In this document: positions 18,754 through 27,596 of the stretch, piece after piece | Layout of the letters: every line of letters begins with the position of its first letter | How positions within the stretch are numbered: the stretch's first letter is position 1 | NCBI GenBank assembly: GCA_963772915.1 | Contig: CAVYZI010000006.1 | Coordinates: 370,283-434,282 of the forward strand | Direction of reading: 5' to 3' | Source of the DNA: an uncultured Verrucomicrobiae bacterium | GTDB lineage: Bacteria > Verrucomicrobiota > Verrucomicrobiia > Chthoniobacterales > UBA10450 | DNA: 64,000 bases | The notes under the pieces: generated by a model | Told to the model about the DNA's origin: nothing | The model's input: only the letters and a program-made list of their open reading frames with translations | The model's database searches: none | Translations under genes and position numbers: made by a program

Positions 18754-19359
18754 GTGAAATCTGGACAAATCGTGCTTTTGAGCACACTCGCCGCGTGCGC
18801 CTACGGTGTCGTTCACGACCAGATTACGGTGCGGCTTTGCCTCGAGTATTTCACGGTGGCGCATCCGCCTCTGTTCCATACGACCTCGCCGACTCTCCTC
18901 GCACTCTGCTGGGGGGTGGCGGCCACCGCAGGGATCGGCGCTGCATTGGGTGTCGTCCTGGCTCTCGTTTCACAGTCGGGCGGTGCAGTTCCGTATTCGG
19001 TCTCCCGGGTCGGGCGATCGATTCTCGTCCTCCTCGCAATCATGGGCGCATCGGCCATCACTGCCGGTGTCATCGGTTACCAGCTCTCGCGCCGAGGACT
19101 CATCTCGCTGCCGGCTCGTTTGGCAGAGGCAATTCCGGTACAGCGGCATGATCGCTTCATGGCCGTCTGGTTCGCTCACGGGGCGAGTTACGTGGTTGGT
19201 TTGGCCGGCGGAGCGCTCGTCTGTTTCTGGATCTGGCAGGCCCGTGGCAAACCTTCCGTGATCTCGTTCTTCCCGCAGACGCGCGCCGGAGCCATCCGCG
19301 CGGGCGTTATTGGTGTGGTCGTTGTCTATATCGTGTGGGTTCGATTTCGTGCTGCTTGA
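18754..19359 (+). CDS. Hypothetical integral membrane protein.
   Basis: The 201-aa ORF is intact and contains several hydrophobic helices. Confidence 0.5.
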   Translation: MKSGQIVLLSTLAACAYGVVHDQITVRLCLEYFTVAHPPLFHTTSPTLLALCWGVAATAGIGAALGVVLALVSQSGGAVPYSVSRVGRSILVLLAIMGASAITAGVIGYQLSRRGLISLPARLAEAIPVQRHDRFMAVWFAHGASYVVGLAGGALVCFWIWQARGKPSVISFFPQTRAGAIRAGVIGVVVVYIVWVRFRAA

Positions 19360-19618
19360 TTGGCGCCTCAAGCGGGTCGCGGCTCCCACATTTCCCACAG
19401 TGCTCCGAATGAAAGAAGCGACCTTGCCAGCCGGGTTTCGGCTCGGCCGATCGGAGCGAGCTCGGATCGATAAATCCCATGCGCCATTCTTCCTGCGGCC
19501 GCAAAAATACGGCAAGTGATATTCGAACCTTGACCTTGTGATCGCCTTCCCATTGCGACTCTCCTCGCTTTGCGATCCAGCCTCTCACTTTCCGCCGCCC
19601 GCCTTGAGTCGAGGTTGA

Positions 19619-20605
19619 TCAACCGACCGGGCTAATGATATCGCCTTTGACTGGGGAGTAACCGGTCTTTGTTTCGCTATGACCGTCTTTGGTCAGGATG
19701 ACTTTTCGAAAGACGCATTTGATGCCCAGGGCCTCCTGGAAGATCGGCGAATTCTGGAGGTGATAATGCAGATGCGGTTCGGATGAATTTCCCGAATTGC
19801 CGCACCGGCCGAGAAGCTGGCCGCGTTTCACGCTTTCGCCCGCTTTCACCACGACGCTGCCGCGCTGCAGATGCGCGAGGACGGAAACCTCATGCGGTCG
19901 ATGCTGAATGACGACGCAATTGCCGACCAGACAATACGGATTCATCGAAGGCGGCGTGTTATCGCGAACGCCGTCGATCGCTTCGACCACGATCCCATCG
20001 GCCGGCGCGAGGATTTCGCGACCGAAGCAAAAATAGTCTTCATTCCCGGCGCCGTCGGCGCGATGCGTTTCGCCTTTTTCATTTACGCCGACCAGATCGA
20101 GCGCGAAACGCTGCGCCGGGACGTCGTGGTGATGGTTTAGCTCCTTTGTGTCGCCGCCCCAGAAGACCAGCCAGCGACCTTTGCAGGGCAACGATAACTC
20201 CGTCTGCTGCTTTTTCGCTTCCGGCTCCGAGGATGTCGCGCGCGGTTTGAAAAGCAGACCGGCTATCTTGCTTTCGGCGTCGAGTGCGAGCGACATGTTC
20301 AGCATTCCGCGCTCGCAGTGCGCGGGAAAAACCATCCAGTCGCCGCTGCGTTCCGGTTCACCAAGCTTCTGGATTTTTCCGAATTGTGTGGTCAATCCGG
20401 TAAAGAATTCCTTTGTCTTATCCAGGGGCAACGCCTTGCTCATCTCGCCGTTGAACAGCTTTTCGACGCCGGGATAATCTCCGGCATTGATCAGTTGGAC
20501 GAGTTGATCGGCAACTTTCGAGTAACGATCCGTCTCCGCGGCAACACTCATGTGCGCTGGATGGAGGATTGAACCCAGGAGAACAAGCGTAATTAGAGTT
20601 CGCAT
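19619..20605 (-). CDS. M23 family metallopeptidase.
   Basis: The sequence HHHDVPAQRFALDL...GNCVVIQHRPHEVSVLAHLQRGSVVVKAGESVKRGQLLGRCGNSGNSSEPHLHYHL carries the HxxxD and HxH motifs. An N-terminal signal peptide is present. Confidence 0.85.
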   Translation of the reverse strand: MRTLITLVLLGSILHPAHMSVAAETDRYSKVADQLVQLINAGDYPGVEKLFNGEMSKALPLDKTKEFFTGLTTQFGKIQKLGEPERSGDWMVFPAHCERGMLNMSLALDAESKIAGLLFKPRATSSEPEAKKQQTELSLPCKGRWLVFWGGDTKELNHHHDVPAQRFALDLVGVNEKGETHRADGAGNEDYFCFGREILAPADGIVVEAIDGVRDNTPPSMNPYCLVGNCVVIQHRPHEVSVLAHLQRGSVVVKAGESVKRGQLLGRCGNSGNSSEPHLHYHLQNSPIFQEALGIKCVFRKVILTKDGHSETKTGYSPVKGDIISPVG

Positions 20606-20664
20606 GCCGCAGTTCTACCGAATGCGGGGCGCATAAACAATGAGGGATTTTGCGCGCGAGAGTC

Positions 20665-20705
20665 GGAGGGACGTTCCGCCTGAGGCGGATCACGTCCGTG
20701 TTTCT
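20665..20705. repeat. Variant of the GGAGGGACGT...ACGTCCGTGT hairpin repeat.
   Basis: GGAGGGACGTTCCGCCTGAGGCGGATCACGTCCGTGTTTC shares both ends with 13420-13451. Confidence 0.7.
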
Positions 20706-20818
20706 TCTTCGATGACGAGGCCGTTGCTGACCGGGGTTTTGTGAAACGAAGAGCCGAAAGATTTGGCTCGCGCGCACCCGGCCAGTTGTGCATTCTGCCT
20801 GCCGCCGGAGCCTTGACC

Positions 20819-22005
20819 ATGAAACGACTGCTCTGCCTGGCAACCCTGCTTGCCATCTCCACCGGATTCGCCGCGGACTTGCCGGTTGTCTTTCCGGTGT
20901 CTCCATCGGCCGACGGCCGCTACCTTCAGGATGCAACCGGGGTTCCGTTCCCGATCCTCGGCCGGACGGCATGGTTCATCACCTCACTGAAGCGGTCAGA
21001 ATACGAGACCTTCCTCAACGATACTGCGGCCAGGGGCTATACCGCGATCGAGTTCCACGTCGTCAACCATGATTCCCGCGGCAACCACCCGCCCTTCGCC
21101 GGGAACCGGGCGCTGCCTTTTTCTGAAGAACCTGGACGGCTCCAGATACACAGGCGGCCTGAGCGGAACCGCGGACTTCACCACGCCTAACGAGGCCTAC
21201 TGGGCCTATGTCGATTCCCTTCTCGATTACGCGGAGTCGAAAGGTCTGCTCGCCTTCATCTTCCCCGCCTATGCCGGATACCTCGGCGGCAGCCAGGGCT
21301 GGATGATCGAGCTGCTGGCCAACGGCCCGGAGAAGGTGGAGACCTACGGCGCATGGATCGCCACCCGTTATGCTACGCGGAAAAACATTGTCTGGATGAT
21401 GGGCGGCGATATCGGCACCGACGATAACTCTTTCACGCCCGAGCAGACGGCGGTGGAGCGAGTGTTGCTCACCGGACTGCAAAGCGTGCCCGGCCAGCAG
21501 TCCATTTATTTCTCGGCCGAGTGGAATACCGATTCCGTCGCGACCGACCAGGTGGACTTCGGGACCGCGATGACGAATCCTAACCGCGGGCTGGCAGAAC
21601 CACCTGAACACGCTTGGCGCGCAGGACATGGCGCGGCTTAACGCCTTCATCAGATCGGTTCCGTGGCAAACGCTCGTGCCCTCCGGGCTCGGCGGCATCG
21701 GCACGATCGTGACCGACGGCGGCGGCACGACCGATTTCGATTTCATAACCGCCGCAGTAACGGCGAACGGACGATTACTCGTCGCCTACGTGCCGCCAGG
21801 CGGGCACCCGGGATCGATCAGGACCTTTACGATCGACATGAGTTTTCTTGCCGGCCCGGCACGAGCCCGTTGGTTCAATCCGGCGACGGCGCAATACAGC
21901 GTGATCGCCAAAAATCTGCCCAACGCTGGCGGGCACGTCTTCACGACCCCGGGAAACAACGGTTCGGGCTACAGCGACTGGGTCCTGGTGATCGACTCGC
22001 AGTGA
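20819..22005 (+). pseudogene. DUF4038 / GH140-like glycoside hydrolase with a C-terminal collagenase-type binding domain. There are 2 frame breaks, at T5 run 21118-21122 and near 21600.
   Basis: The signal peptide is MKRLLCLATLLAIS. Recognisable segments are GRYLQDATGVPFPILGRTAWF...GYTAIEFHV, then FTTPNEAYWAYVDSLLDYAESKGL...IVWMMGGD, then WFNPATAQYSV...GYSDWVLVI. Confidence 0.7.
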
Positions 22006-22048
22006 GGCGGCGAGAAGCGCGCCGGGCTCTCAGGTCCCAGGGCGTCTT

Positions 22049-22070
22049 GCCTAACGCCTAACGCCTAACG
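22049..22070. repeat. Three tandem overlapping copies of GCCTAACG (a 7-nt period).
   Basis: The sequence is GCCTAACGCCTAACGCCTAACG. The middle CTA (22058-22060) is the TAG stop of the minus-strand SprT-like gene. Confidence 0.95.
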
Positions 22071-22702
22071 AGCTGGAGCTTGAAGCGGCGGTCGTATCGT
22101 CCGCCATTATAGGTGCGACAGCAGGCGAGGCAGGCGGAAGTGCGACGCAGCGCGCGGGTGCGCGGAAAATCGCGGTGGCAATGCGGACAGGTGTAAAGAT
22201 AACGGCGTTGCTGGCGGCGAATGGGGAAGGGGAGATTATGGCAGCGCGCTTCCCCGGCGATCCCAAGGTCGGCGCAGGCGCGACGCCATTCCGCTCCGTG
22301 GGGTGCGATCCGGCGGCGGCCAGCGCGGGTTTGGGCGAGGAGGTGGGCCAGCTCATGGCGCAGGGTGCGATCGATTTCCGCCTCGCCGTGCGCGGCGAGG
22401 CGGCAATTGAGCAGAACGCGCGCGTGGCGGAACTCCGCCCGCCCGGCGGCGGAACGGAGTCGTGATGACCATTCGACGCGCGCGCGCGCGGCAAGGTCCG
22501 GCGCGCCTTGCGCGAGGAGGAGATTACGGGCCAGGGCTTCGAGCCCGGGATCGCGGCCCGGCGATTTTTTCGGCAGAGGAGTTGTGAGCGCGAGCTCGAG
22601 TTGGATCTGGACCTGACGCGGCGCGTCCCTCCGGAGGGACGCGCTTTCGCGCGTCCGGTTTCTCGGCCGACCGTGAGGCGGGTCCACGCTAGACCAGGGC
22701 AT
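22058..22702 (-). CDS. SprT-like zinc metalloprotease domain protein. The ORF is probably over-extended at its N-terminus.
   Basis: The HExxH motif reads TLRHELAHLLAQ. The C-terminal zinc ribbon reads YLYTCPHCHRDF...SACLACC. The first about 30 codons cover a hairpin repeat. Confidence 0.7.
   Translation of the reverse strand: MPWSSVDPPHGRPRNRTRESASLRRDAPRQVQIQLELALTTPLPKKSPGRDPGLEALARNLLLAQGAPDLAARARVEWSSRLRSAAGRAEFRHARVLLNCRLAAHGEAEIDRTLRHELAHLLAQTRAGRRRIAPHGAEWRRACADLGIAGEARCHNLPFPIRRQQRRYLYTCPHCHRDFPRTRALRRTSACLACCRTYNGGRYDRRFKLQLVRR
22614..22658. repeat. Family A hairpin repeat variant.
   Basis: GCGCGTCCCTCCGGAGGGACGCGC is a perfect 24-nt palindrome. It is followed by GGACGCGC-TTTC-GCGCGTCC. 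Confidence 0.8.
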
Positions 22703-23969
22703 GGGGCGGCCGATCGGCCATCCGCGTCCTGGGCTGCCGCTGCACGATGCGCTGGATGGCTGCGATGGTTTGCTCGATTTCGGCGGCGGTCGTTTCTCTG
22801 CCTAACGAAAAGCGAATGGCAGAAGCGGCGCGCTCCGCCGGCAATCCGAGCGCGAGCAGGACATGGGAGGCGACGACCGAGCCGACCATGCAGGCCGAGC
22901 CGCTCGAGGCGCAGACGCCTTCGAGATCGAGCGCCATCAGCATCGTCTCCGAATCGAAACCGGGGAAGCTGACGTTGAGCGTGTTGGCCAGGCGCGGCGC
23001 GCCGGCCGCGTTCAGTTGCGCCGCGGGGAAAACGCGGGCTACGCCGCGCCAGAGTTCGTCGCGCAATTTTGCCTCCCGTGCCTGTTCGTTAGGCAAATCG
23101 CGCAAAACTTCCTCCGCGGCCGCTGCCATCCCGACGATGGCGGGGACATTTTCGGTCCCGGGCCGGCGCTCGCCCTCGTGCGCACCGCCGAATTGGATGT
23201 GATCGATCGGCAGGCCCGAGCGCAGATAGAGAAAGCCGGCGCCTTTCGGGCCGTAGAATTTGTGCGCGCCGAAGCTGGCGGCGTCGCAGAGAAATGATCC
23301 TGGACGCGCGGAAGCGCGTCCCTCCGGTAGGGCGAGACTCTGTCGAGCCGGGGGCAAAACGTCGCCGCCGAAGAAACCTTCCCGCCCTGGCTCGACAGAG
23401 TCTCGCCCTACCAAAGAGTCCAGTTTGCCGAAGGATTGCACCATGTCGGTGTGCAAGAGGACGCCGTGCGTTTGGCAACGTGCTGCAATTTCGGCCATCG
23501 GCTGGATGACGCCCGTCTCGTTGTTTGCAGTCATGATCGAGACCAGGATCGTGTCGGGGCGGATGGCCCGCTCGAGCTCGTCCGGATCGATCAAACCCTC
23601 CGAAGAAAGCGGGAGCCAGGTGACCTCGAAGTCTTCCCGCTGCTCCAGATGTTCGAGCGTGTGGAGCACAGCATGATGCTCCGCCCGGTTGCTGATCAAA
23701 TGCTTTCCATCAGGCGCGCCGCGTCGCGCCAGGCCGAGGAGGGCGAGGTTGTTCGATTCCGTCCCGCCGCTGGTGAAAATGATCTCGTGCGGTTTCGCGC
23801 CTAACAATGCCGCGAGCCGGTCGCGCGCGTCGTCGATCGCGGCCCGCGTTTCGCGTCCGGCGCGATGAACGCTGGAAGGATTGCCAAAATGCCGCTCGAA
23901 ATAAGGCTGCATCGCGCGCCAGGCCGCCTCGCTCAGCGGGGTGGTGGCGTTGTAGTCGAGGTAGATCAT
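22689..23969 (-). CDS. Cysteine desulfurase of the NifS/IscS family, carrying a 38-codon in-frame repeat insertion.
   Basis: The conserved segments are MIYLDYNATTP, IIFTSGGTESNN, ETGVIQP, LLHTDMVQSFGKL, SFGAHKFYGPKG (the PLP lysine), RPGTENV and SGSACM.... Confidence 0.88.
   Translation of the reverse strand: MIYLDYNATTPLSEAAWRAMQPYFERHFGNPSSVHRAGRETRAAIDDARDRLAALLGAKPHEIIFTSGGTESNNLALLGLARRGAPDGKHLISNRAEHHAVLHTLEHLEQREDFEVTWLPLSSEGLIDPDELERAIRPDTILVSIMTANNETGVIQPMAEIAARCQTHGVLLHTDMVQSFGKLDSLVGRDSVEPGREGFFGGDVLPPARQSLALPEGRASARPGSFLCDAASFGAHKFYGPKGAGFLYLRSGLPIDHIQFGGAHEGERRPGTENVPAIVGMAAAAEEVLRDLPNEQAREAKLRDELWRGVARVFPAAQLNAAGAPRLANTLNVSFPGFDSETMLMALDLEGVCASSGSACMVGSVVASHVLLALGLPAERAASAIRFSLGRETTAAEIEQTIAAIQRIVQRQPRTRMADRPPHALV
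23299..23412. repeat. Composite repeat, a family A half-unit fused to family B MITE-like element copy B1, inside the cysteine desulfurase ORF.
   Basis: CCTGGACGCGCGGAAGCGCGTCCCTCCG is fused to GGTAGGGCGAGACTCTGTCGAGCC...GGCTCGACAGAGTCTCGCCCTACC. The total is 114 nt, which equals 38 codons. Confidence 0.9.
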
Positions 23970-24892
23970 CGCCCGACCGATGCATCCGAGCCGGTCAAGG
24001 GACGGTTGCGCTTGAGCATGACCTGGAACTGGTTCGCATCGTAGGCGACGAGCGAATCGGGCGGCACACTCTGAGTGAGAAAAACATTGCCGCCGATCGT
24101 GCTCCGCGCGCCGATCACCGTCTCGCCCCCGAGGACGGTCGAGTTGGGATAAATCGTGACGTTATCCTCGACGTTGGGATGACGTTTCCCGCCCTTCTTG
24201 ATGTGGCCTTCTTCGTCCTTCTGGAAGCTGCGCGCGCCTAACGTCACCCCATGATACAGCTTCACGTGATTGCCGATCACGCAGGTCTCGCCGATCACGA
24301 CGCCGGTGCCGTGATCGATAAAAAAATGGCTCCCGATCTGCGCCCCGGGATGAATGTCGATCCCGGTGCGGCCGTGGGCCCATTCCGTCATCATGCGCGG
24401 AATGAGCGGGAGATTTGCCTCGTAAAGCAGATGCGCGAGGCGCTGGATGGCGAGGGCTTCGAGGGAGGGATAGGCGAGAATGATTTCCTCAAAACTGGTC
24501 GAGGCCGGGTCGCCTTCGTAGGCGGCATCGATATCGGCCCAGAGCATCTCGCGCACGCTGGCGAGCTGGGCGAAAAAGCTTTTCAGAATCCGATCGGCAT
24601 CCGGGGCGACGGAACCATTCCCGCCGCGGCGCGCGAGGCTCTTGCACATCTCGGGGTGGAGTCGGGTATAGAGCGAACGAATCCGGCTCCGGGTCAGATC
24701 CGGCAGATCGCCCGGATGCACGATGGCGGCGCCATGAAAACCGGGGAAGAGCAGGCTGAGTAATTCGACGCAGGCGGCATCGATCGCGGGGCGCGACGGG
24801 AGGCTGGCGGCGACGTCGAGATAATTAATCCCGCCGCCGGCGGTGTAAGTGCGCAGGAGTGCCTCGGCCGGGTCGTTGGAAGTTTCAGCCAT
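23966..24892 (-). CDS. cysE: Serine O-acetyltransferase.
   Basis: The sequence GIDIHPGAQIGSHFFIDHGTGVVIGETCVIGNHVKLYHGVTLG is the hexapeptide-repeat core. The stop codon overlaps the cysteine desulfurase start (ATGA). Confidence 0.9.
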   Translation of the reverse strand: MAETSNDPAEALLRTYTAGGGINYLDVAASLPSRPAIDAACVELLSLLFPGFHGAAIVHPGDLPDLTRSRIRSLYTRLHPEMCKSLARRGGNGSVAPDADRILKSFFAQLASVREMLWADIDAAYEGDPASTSFEEIILAYPSLEALAIQRLAHLLYEANLPLIPRMMTEWAHGRTGIDIHPGAQIGSHFFIDHGTGVVIGETCVIGNHVKLYHGVTLGARSFQKDEEGHIKKGGKRHPNVEDNVTIYPNSTVLGGETVIGARSTIGGNVFLTQSVPPDSLVAYDANQFQVMLKRNRPLTGSDASVGR

Positions 24893-24948
24893 CGCCTGAA
24901 ATATCGGTGAGGCGAGCGGTAATGAAAATCAAAAAGGTTTCCGCGCGG

Positions 24949-24974
24949 CTGTAGCCGGGGTCGGTGACCCCGGC
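24949..24974. repeat. REP-like GTAG hairpin.
   Basis: The sequence is CTGTAGCCGGGGTC-GGTG-ACCCCGGC. Confidence 0.7.
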
Positions 24975-25701
24975 TGGTCTGGAGGCGCGGCCGGCACATT
25001 CCACCTGGCCCCGGGGTCAACGCCCCCGGCGACAGCCGAAGCCGGAGAGTCGCAACGCAAAATGCGGGCGCCGCCACGATTGGGGATTGACACAAAAACG
25101 TCGGCTCTGCAGACTCGCGGCCGGTTTCGATTACCTCGCCAATGCGTTCCGCCCGCCCATTAATGCGTCACCCACCAATGGCGCAGTTGCTGCAGGACCC
25201 TGCTCTTGCTCCCGATCGGCATTTTGCGGGCCCATTTTCCGATTAACCCGGAGGCGAAACGAGCGCCCGGAGGCGAAAGGCAGATCGACCAGATCGATCC
25301 GGAGCTGGTCGCCAGTTTCGAGCTTAGTAGCAACCAAGCGATGGTGCGGTTTGATTGGTTCGACCCATCCAAGTCTCAGGCTGCGCCCGTGCTTCGCACG
25401 CCTATGTCGCAGCGTCCCCCCGGACTCCATTCACTCGTGCCCTCGGTCAGCCTCCGGGCTTCCCCGTCTATGTCGCGGCTTGGCAATCCGCTCCATTGGG
25501 GCGTGGAATTCTCCCTTCTATTCCCCCAAGGCCCTCAACGCGAGCAGGAAATCACGACCCTCCGTGCACGCGAAAATGCACTCGCCCGTGTACGAGCTTG
25601 GGTCTATTACTAGTTAGGTCTCGTGCGCGACGCCATTATTCGTTTCGTGGAGTTGCTGAACCAGCTCTCGGAGGTTCTTAGGCCATTCGTTACCAGTCAC
25701 C

Positions 25702-26025
25702 ATGCTGGCGATCGCGTCTGGAACGGCCAAGAGGTACGCGCCATCTTCTGAGACCTGCGACGCTGATCCGGTTGTCGCCGCTTGGTGGGCCACCGCCTTT
25801 ACGGCCGCGCACCTCCTGACTGGCCAGCGGAGTCTCACCCCGGAGCAATACGGCTTTTTGCAGCAGCAGTTGTTCAGCGGCATGGGCAGCCTCAACGATC
25901 TGTCACTCGACTCCGCTCGTTGGGGGGCCAAGGCCACAGAAGCAAATCGTCAGCTGGAGGTCATTCGCCCCGCGCTATACAGTTGCTTCCAGCGTCTCAC
26001 GCCACATGAAGCCGAAAAGACCTAA
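25702..26025 (+). CDS. Hypothetical protein with a GMGSLNDL motif. It may start near 25620 in another frame.
   Basis: The sequence TPEQYGFLQQQLFSGMGSLNDLSLDSARWG...ANRQLEVIRPALY looks protein-like. This segment is more AT-rich than its surroundings. The competing antisense ORF 25614..25937 is less convincing. Confidence 0.4.
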   Translation: MLAIASGTAKRYAPSSETCDADPVVAAWWATAFTAAHLLTGQRSLTPEQYGFLQQQLFSGMGSLNDLSLDSARWGAKATEANRQLEVIRPALYSCFQRLTPHEAEKT

Positions 26026-26083
26026 CAACCATACATCTGAGGTCGTCCGTCAACCATTTTGAATGAAGTTATTGGCATGTAAC

Positions 26084-27406
26084 TCAGGCGGCCTTGGCGA
26101 GGGCGAGTTCGAGTTTGGAAGCCAGAGGTGAGCCTCTGCGTTTGAGGGTCTCGAGGTAATTGGTTTCGTCATAGGCGACGCGGTCGCGCCAGCAGACGAA
26201 CATGATGCGCTGCCACTTGAAGGCGAGGGCGCGGACGGCGGTGGGATGCTTTTTGCCTTTGGCGATCTGTTCCTGGAGGAAAAGTTTGGCCCAGGAGCAA
26301 TGGAGAACCGATTGGTTGGCGTACTCGAAGAAGCTCTGATGAAGGAAGTGTGGCCGGGCCCAGCGACGATGGACCCAGTGCTGGTTTTTGCCGCTGCGCT
26401 CGGTGACCGGGGCGATGCCGCTGTATTGCTGGATGGCGGCAGCGCTCTGGTAACGGGCGCGTTCGCTGCCGAAGGCGCAGCAGAGCCGGGGGGCGAGGGT
26501 GGGCCCGGCGCCCGGGAAGCTCTCCCAGATGCGGGCATCGGGATGGGCAAGGAAGAGTTGCTCGATCCTGGAGTCATACTCTTGGAGGGCGGCGGCGAGT
26601 GGGAGTAACTGGTGGGCGAGCATGGCGACCTGAACTTTGGCGGGTTCGACCAGGGCGGGGTCGGAGGTGAGCGGGAGCATCGCGCCGATCGCTGCGAGGC
26701 GTTTGTTGATCACATCCAAACGCCGGCAACGGTGGGCGTAGTAGAACTTGCGGATGGTTTGCTTTCTGGCTCTTTGCAGTTCCTGGAGGGAAGGCCACTG
26801 GAGGAGGAAGTGACAAGCCAGCGGGGCAAAGAGATCCTGGCCGGCTAACTCGAGGGCCTGGGGATAGTAGCTCTTGAGGGCGTCGCGCAGCATGTTGGTG
26901 AGCAGGGTGCGCAGATCGACCAGGCCGCGGCGCGCTTGGAGGAGCCGGGCGAGCTGGCGGGTCTGGGGATCGTCGAGGGTCAGGGGAGTGAGTTTGGCGC
27001 GATGGTGGAGGAGCAACTCGAGGCAGACCTCTGCATCGGAGGGATCGCTCTTGGCCCGGCTGGTCTGAAAGGCCTGGCGGTAGCGGGCGGCGGTGGCCGG
27101 GTTGACCGGGTAAAGCACGAGGAAGGGGTAAGCCAGCAGAGAAGAAATCAGAGGCCCTTTGGCTTGCTCCAGACAAAGGGCGATCTTGCCTTCCGGGAAG
27201 CGCTCCGCCAGGGCGGCCGCCCATTGGGCGATGGCTTCGGGAGTGTGCTCCAGAGTGGAGGCCTCGCGCTGGCCGGTGGTGCAATCGTAGAGACACAAAG
27301 CGTGCTCTTGGCTGCCCCAATCCAGCCCGATGAGAGCGGCCCAGTCGCCCTCCCTCGGGGTTTTCTTCATCGTCTCGTGATCGTGGTTGGTGGATTTGAT
27401 TTTCAT
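26084..27406 (-). CDS. IS110 family transposase (DEDD recombinase), element 1.
   Basis: The N-terminus reads LIGLDWGSQEHALCLYD. The C-terminal Transposase_20-like part reads YQSAAAIQQYSGIAPVTERSGK...RWARPHFLHQSFFEYA. The frame is intact. Confidence 0.85.
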   Translation of the reverse strand: MKIKSTNHDHETMKKTPREGDWAALIGLDWGSQEHALCLYDCTTGQREASTLEHTPEAIAQWAAALAERFPEGKIALCLEQAKGPLISSLLAYPFLVLYPVNPATAARYRQAFQTSRAKSDPSDAEVCLELLLHHRAKLTPLTLDDPQTRQLARLLQARRGLVDLRTLLTNMLRDALKSYYPQALELAGQDLFAPLACHFLLQWPSLQELQRARKQTIRKFYYAHRCRRLDVINKRLAAIGAMLPLTSDPALVEPAKVQVAMLAHQLLPLAAALQEYDSRIEQLFLAHPDARIWESFPGAGPTLAPRLCCAFGSERARYQSAAAIQQYSGIAPVTERSGKNQHWVHRRWARPHFLHQSFFEYANQSVLHCSWAKLFLQEQIAKGKKHPTAVRALAFKWQRIMFVCWRDRVAYDETNYLETLKRRGSPLASKLELALAKAA

Positions 27407-27442
27407 GGTTTGATGTGGTGTTTGCGGGCGCACAACACGCTG

Positions 27443-27596
27443 GCTTTCATTCGGCGAAGGCATTATTGTCTGGACCTCGAACGGGTCGTCATTTGAGGAT
27501 TCGTTACGAATGAAAGCACGCCCGGACTCCACTCGAAGCTATGGTTACAATCGTCGAGCGATTGGCGATGGAGATTCGTAGTGGGCCGGTGCGTGC
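27443..27596 (-). ncRNA. Candidate IS110 bridge/seek guide RNA region: two stem-closed domains just 5' of transposase 1.
   Basis: GCTTTCATTCG (27443-27453) pairs perfectly with CGAATGAAAGC (27507-27517). GCACGCCCGG (27515-27524) pairs with CCGG(T)GCGTGC (27586-27596). There is no credible ORF here. Confidence 0.35.

Noticed and set aside
22603-22702. The N-terminal 30-35 codons of the SprT-like ORF, and the overlap they imply with the cysteine desulfurase gene.
   Set aside because: This stretch is the family A palindromic repeat read through. The true start is probably downstream, at a non-ATG codon that I cannot fix.
24893-25100. A possible riboswitch in the cysE leader.
   Set aside because: I see no SAM or other sulfur-related riboswitch core sequences. 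The structured part is a REP-type hairpin.
26574-27320. A 248-aa Pro/Arg-rich ORF in an alternative frame of IS110 transposase 1.
   Set aside because: It is an out-of-frame overlap with a clear transposase gene. Its composition is not protein-like.
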